A program made the translations under genes and the position numbers. Positions 61,665-64,000 of a DNA stretch of 64,000 bases are shown here, in pieces; the first letter of the stretch is position 1, and each line of letters begins with the position of its first letter. The notes beneath the pieces are model-generated. The model was not told where the DNA came from. It saw only the letters and a list, made by a program, of their open reading frames with translations, and made no database searches. The DNA comes from Malacoraja senta (taxonomy: Eukaryota), in NCBI GenBank assembly GCA_038087875.1, contig CM075990.1, positions 496,001-560,000 of the forward strand, in the 5' to 3' direction.

Positions 61665-62432
61665 AGTCAGCAAGACAAAGGAGATAGTGATTGACTTCAG
61701 GAAGTGAAGCAGTACACATACCCCAGTTTGCATTGACGGTGCTGAAGTAGAGATGGTTGAAAACTTCAAATTCTTAGGAGTAGGTATCACCAAATCCTGG
61801 ACCATCCATATTAAAGCACACCAACACTTCTACTTCCTTAGAAGGCTTAGGAAGTTTAGCATGCCCCCAACAACTCTCACCAACTTCTACAGGTGCACCA
61901 TAGAAAGCATTTTATCAGGATGCATCACAGCTTGGTTTGGGAACAGCTCCATACAAGACCGGTAGAAATTGCAGAGAATTGTGGACGCAGCCCAGACCAT
62001 CACACCAACCTCCCTTCTATTGACTCCATTTATACCTCACGCTGCCTCAGCAAAGCCAGCAGCATAATCAAGGACGAGTCGCACCGTGGCCACTCCCTCT
62101 TCTCCCCTCTCCCATCGGGCAAAAGGTACATAAGTGTGAAAACGCACATCTCGAGAATCAGGGGCAGTTTCTTTGCAGCTGTTATCAGACAACTGAACCA
62201 TCCTTCCACAACCAGAGAGCAATCCTGAACAACTATCTACCTCATTTGGAAACCCTCGGAGTATCTTTGATCGGACTTTGCTGGCTTTACCTTGCACTAA
62301 ATGTTATTCCCTTATCATGTATCTATACACTGTAAATGACTCGATTGTAATCATGTATTGTCTTTCCGCTGATTGGTTAGCATGCAACAAAAGTTTTTCA
62401 CTGTACCTTGGTACACGTTACAATAAAATAAA
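61665..62432 (+). mobile_element. Rex1/Babar-like 3' fragment
   Basis: KTKEIVIDFRK, FLRRLRKF and FYRCTIESILSGCITAWFG. Confidence 0.85.
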
Positions 62433-62540
62433 ATAAACTTGTGTGTGGGTGATAATTGATCAGCCCAGATTCAATTGGTCGTAGGGCCTATTTCCACACT
62501 TCCACCATTTACTTTCATCTCTGAACTAAACTAAACTCTG

Positions 62541-64000
62541 ATTTTACTTCGGAGTCACGTGAGTGACTACGTGAAGAAGACCCGTCAGGGCGCATCATTA
62601 AGTCAGTCGCATTGGCGCAGACTGGCTGGGAGGAACAAAGTTCTCCAGCGGTAAGTTTGAAAAATCCTACAGGTAAGTTTAAACTTACTTTTCAGGTTGT
62701 CCGTTACAGGAATCTTTTCTCGCAGGTTCCTGCTGGACATGAAATTCAGCAAAACCCGGTGGATCGCGGGGAAATTGTGGACCGCGGGGATGCCGGCTTT
62801 GTACCGCAGGAGTGCGGTAGCAGGTGGCCGGTGGGTTTTACTGGTTGAGTCGCGGACAGAACGGTCCGCGACTCCCGAGGTTTAATTCGGGCAGCGGGTT
62901 TTTTGTAGACTGCGGGTTAAGCAAGCTGCGATCACGATAGAGGTGGCTGTTGGGCTTGTTATTTCGAGTCACTGACAGGCAGGTCAGCGACTCCAGAGAA
63001 ATGTTTTAAATAGGGGCTGCGGGGTTTCTCTAGACCGCGGGTATACCGGCTACGGTCCGCGGTAAAGTGAGGAGCCGGTGGCCGTCGGACTTCTTGTTAG
63101 AGTCGCTGACAGTAAGGTCAGCGACTCCCAAGGGTATTCGGGGTGCAGACTGAGCGTGGTCATCGGGTTAGTACCCGGCTCATTGAGGCAAGGACCCCGA
63201 CTTTGGCAGCCCATATGAGTTTGAACTGTGTGGAGCCTGGCCAGGAGGGTCCCCTCTGTTATATATGTATGTCCTCAGTGGAGAGGAGTAAGGTCTCAGG
63301 GCTGCTTACCAATTCCTCAGTGGAGAGGAGTACAAGGGGTCAGTGTTTGGCTGACCCCAACCCCAACTCAGGAAGTGAGATTAGTGGTTTATCACCCTTA
63401 TATGTCTATGGCAGTAGCATTTTCTGCTAATTCTGTGGAGGTTTCAGGTCTAGGCCAAGCTGGCCTTCAAGGAGAATTTACAATTCACGCATGCCCTCCA
63501 AATTAAGGACGAACGCAATTTTGGGAAGCGTTCAAAAGGGTAGACATTATAGTTACCACTTGGTCACATTGTGACTATTATACCGAGACAGATGATTATC
63601 ATTTACTCAATTAAGGAAATGGGAAGACTTGTTGAGCTGTCTTATCAGTCACCTGTGGGAGTTACACCAGATGGCGTCATAGTAATTCTGCTCATTAAAA
63701 GGGACTGTGCACGGTTTCTTCCCCAAGACGCCGGATTACTCATATTAAAAGTAAATAAATCCCAGGTTTAACTGGGATGGGCGTCTTTATTCTCATAAAT
63801 GTCTTTGCCTATGACAAATAACTGTTAAGTTTTGTTCCAGCATTTACCACTATGTCTGATGTACGGGGGCCAGAGGCGCTCCAATTCTTCCCTATAGACG
63901 GCGTTGGCATCGGGAAGGAGCACGATTTGGAGTCGCTAGCACGTGCAGCCTGTTTGGGGAAGGAGGATACCAACAGAGTATCGATTTGCATGGCTAGTCG
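62541..64000 (+). mobile_element. DIRS1-like element, copy D: 5' end, probably degenerate; runs off the window
   Basis: ATTTTACTTCGGAGTCACGTGAGTGACTACGTGAAGAAGACCC is identical to the start of copy C. Leader splice motifs as in copy B. No intact ORF. Confidence 0.8.

Overview
Eukaryotic, repeat-dense genomic DNA. It is most likely from a cartilaginous fish (skate or ray), judged from abundant HE1/V-SINE-like elements and the CR1, Rex1/Babar, L2 and Penelope repertoire. No host protein-coding gene could be confidently recognised, and most of the window is nested transposable elements. (1) Four DIRS1-like tyrosine-recombinase retrotransposons: 1-3447 (+), 13735-18220 (-), 36948-42701 (+) and 62541-end (+). 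ITR/ICR structures are visible in the three copies whose 3' end is in the window, and all six visible junctions carry ATT. Two copies look like non-autonomous derivatives with intact ends but destroyed coding regions, and three carry splice-site motifs in their leaders. (2) A young, intact Mag-type Ty3/Gypsy element (6226-10968, -) with 204-bp LTRs, a GGAAG TSD and a single ~1389-aa ORF, inserted into a Rex1/Babar LINE. (3) Many Penelope-derived termini with a minimal hammerhead-ribozyme motif. (4) A GC-rich non-coding retroposon family that appears with different LINE-type 3' tails. (5) A non-autonomous Helitron, a Harbinger-like MITE, a CORE-SINE, and a 200-N assembly gap. Family names come from motif recognition by eye, not from database searches, and fragment boundaries are approximate.
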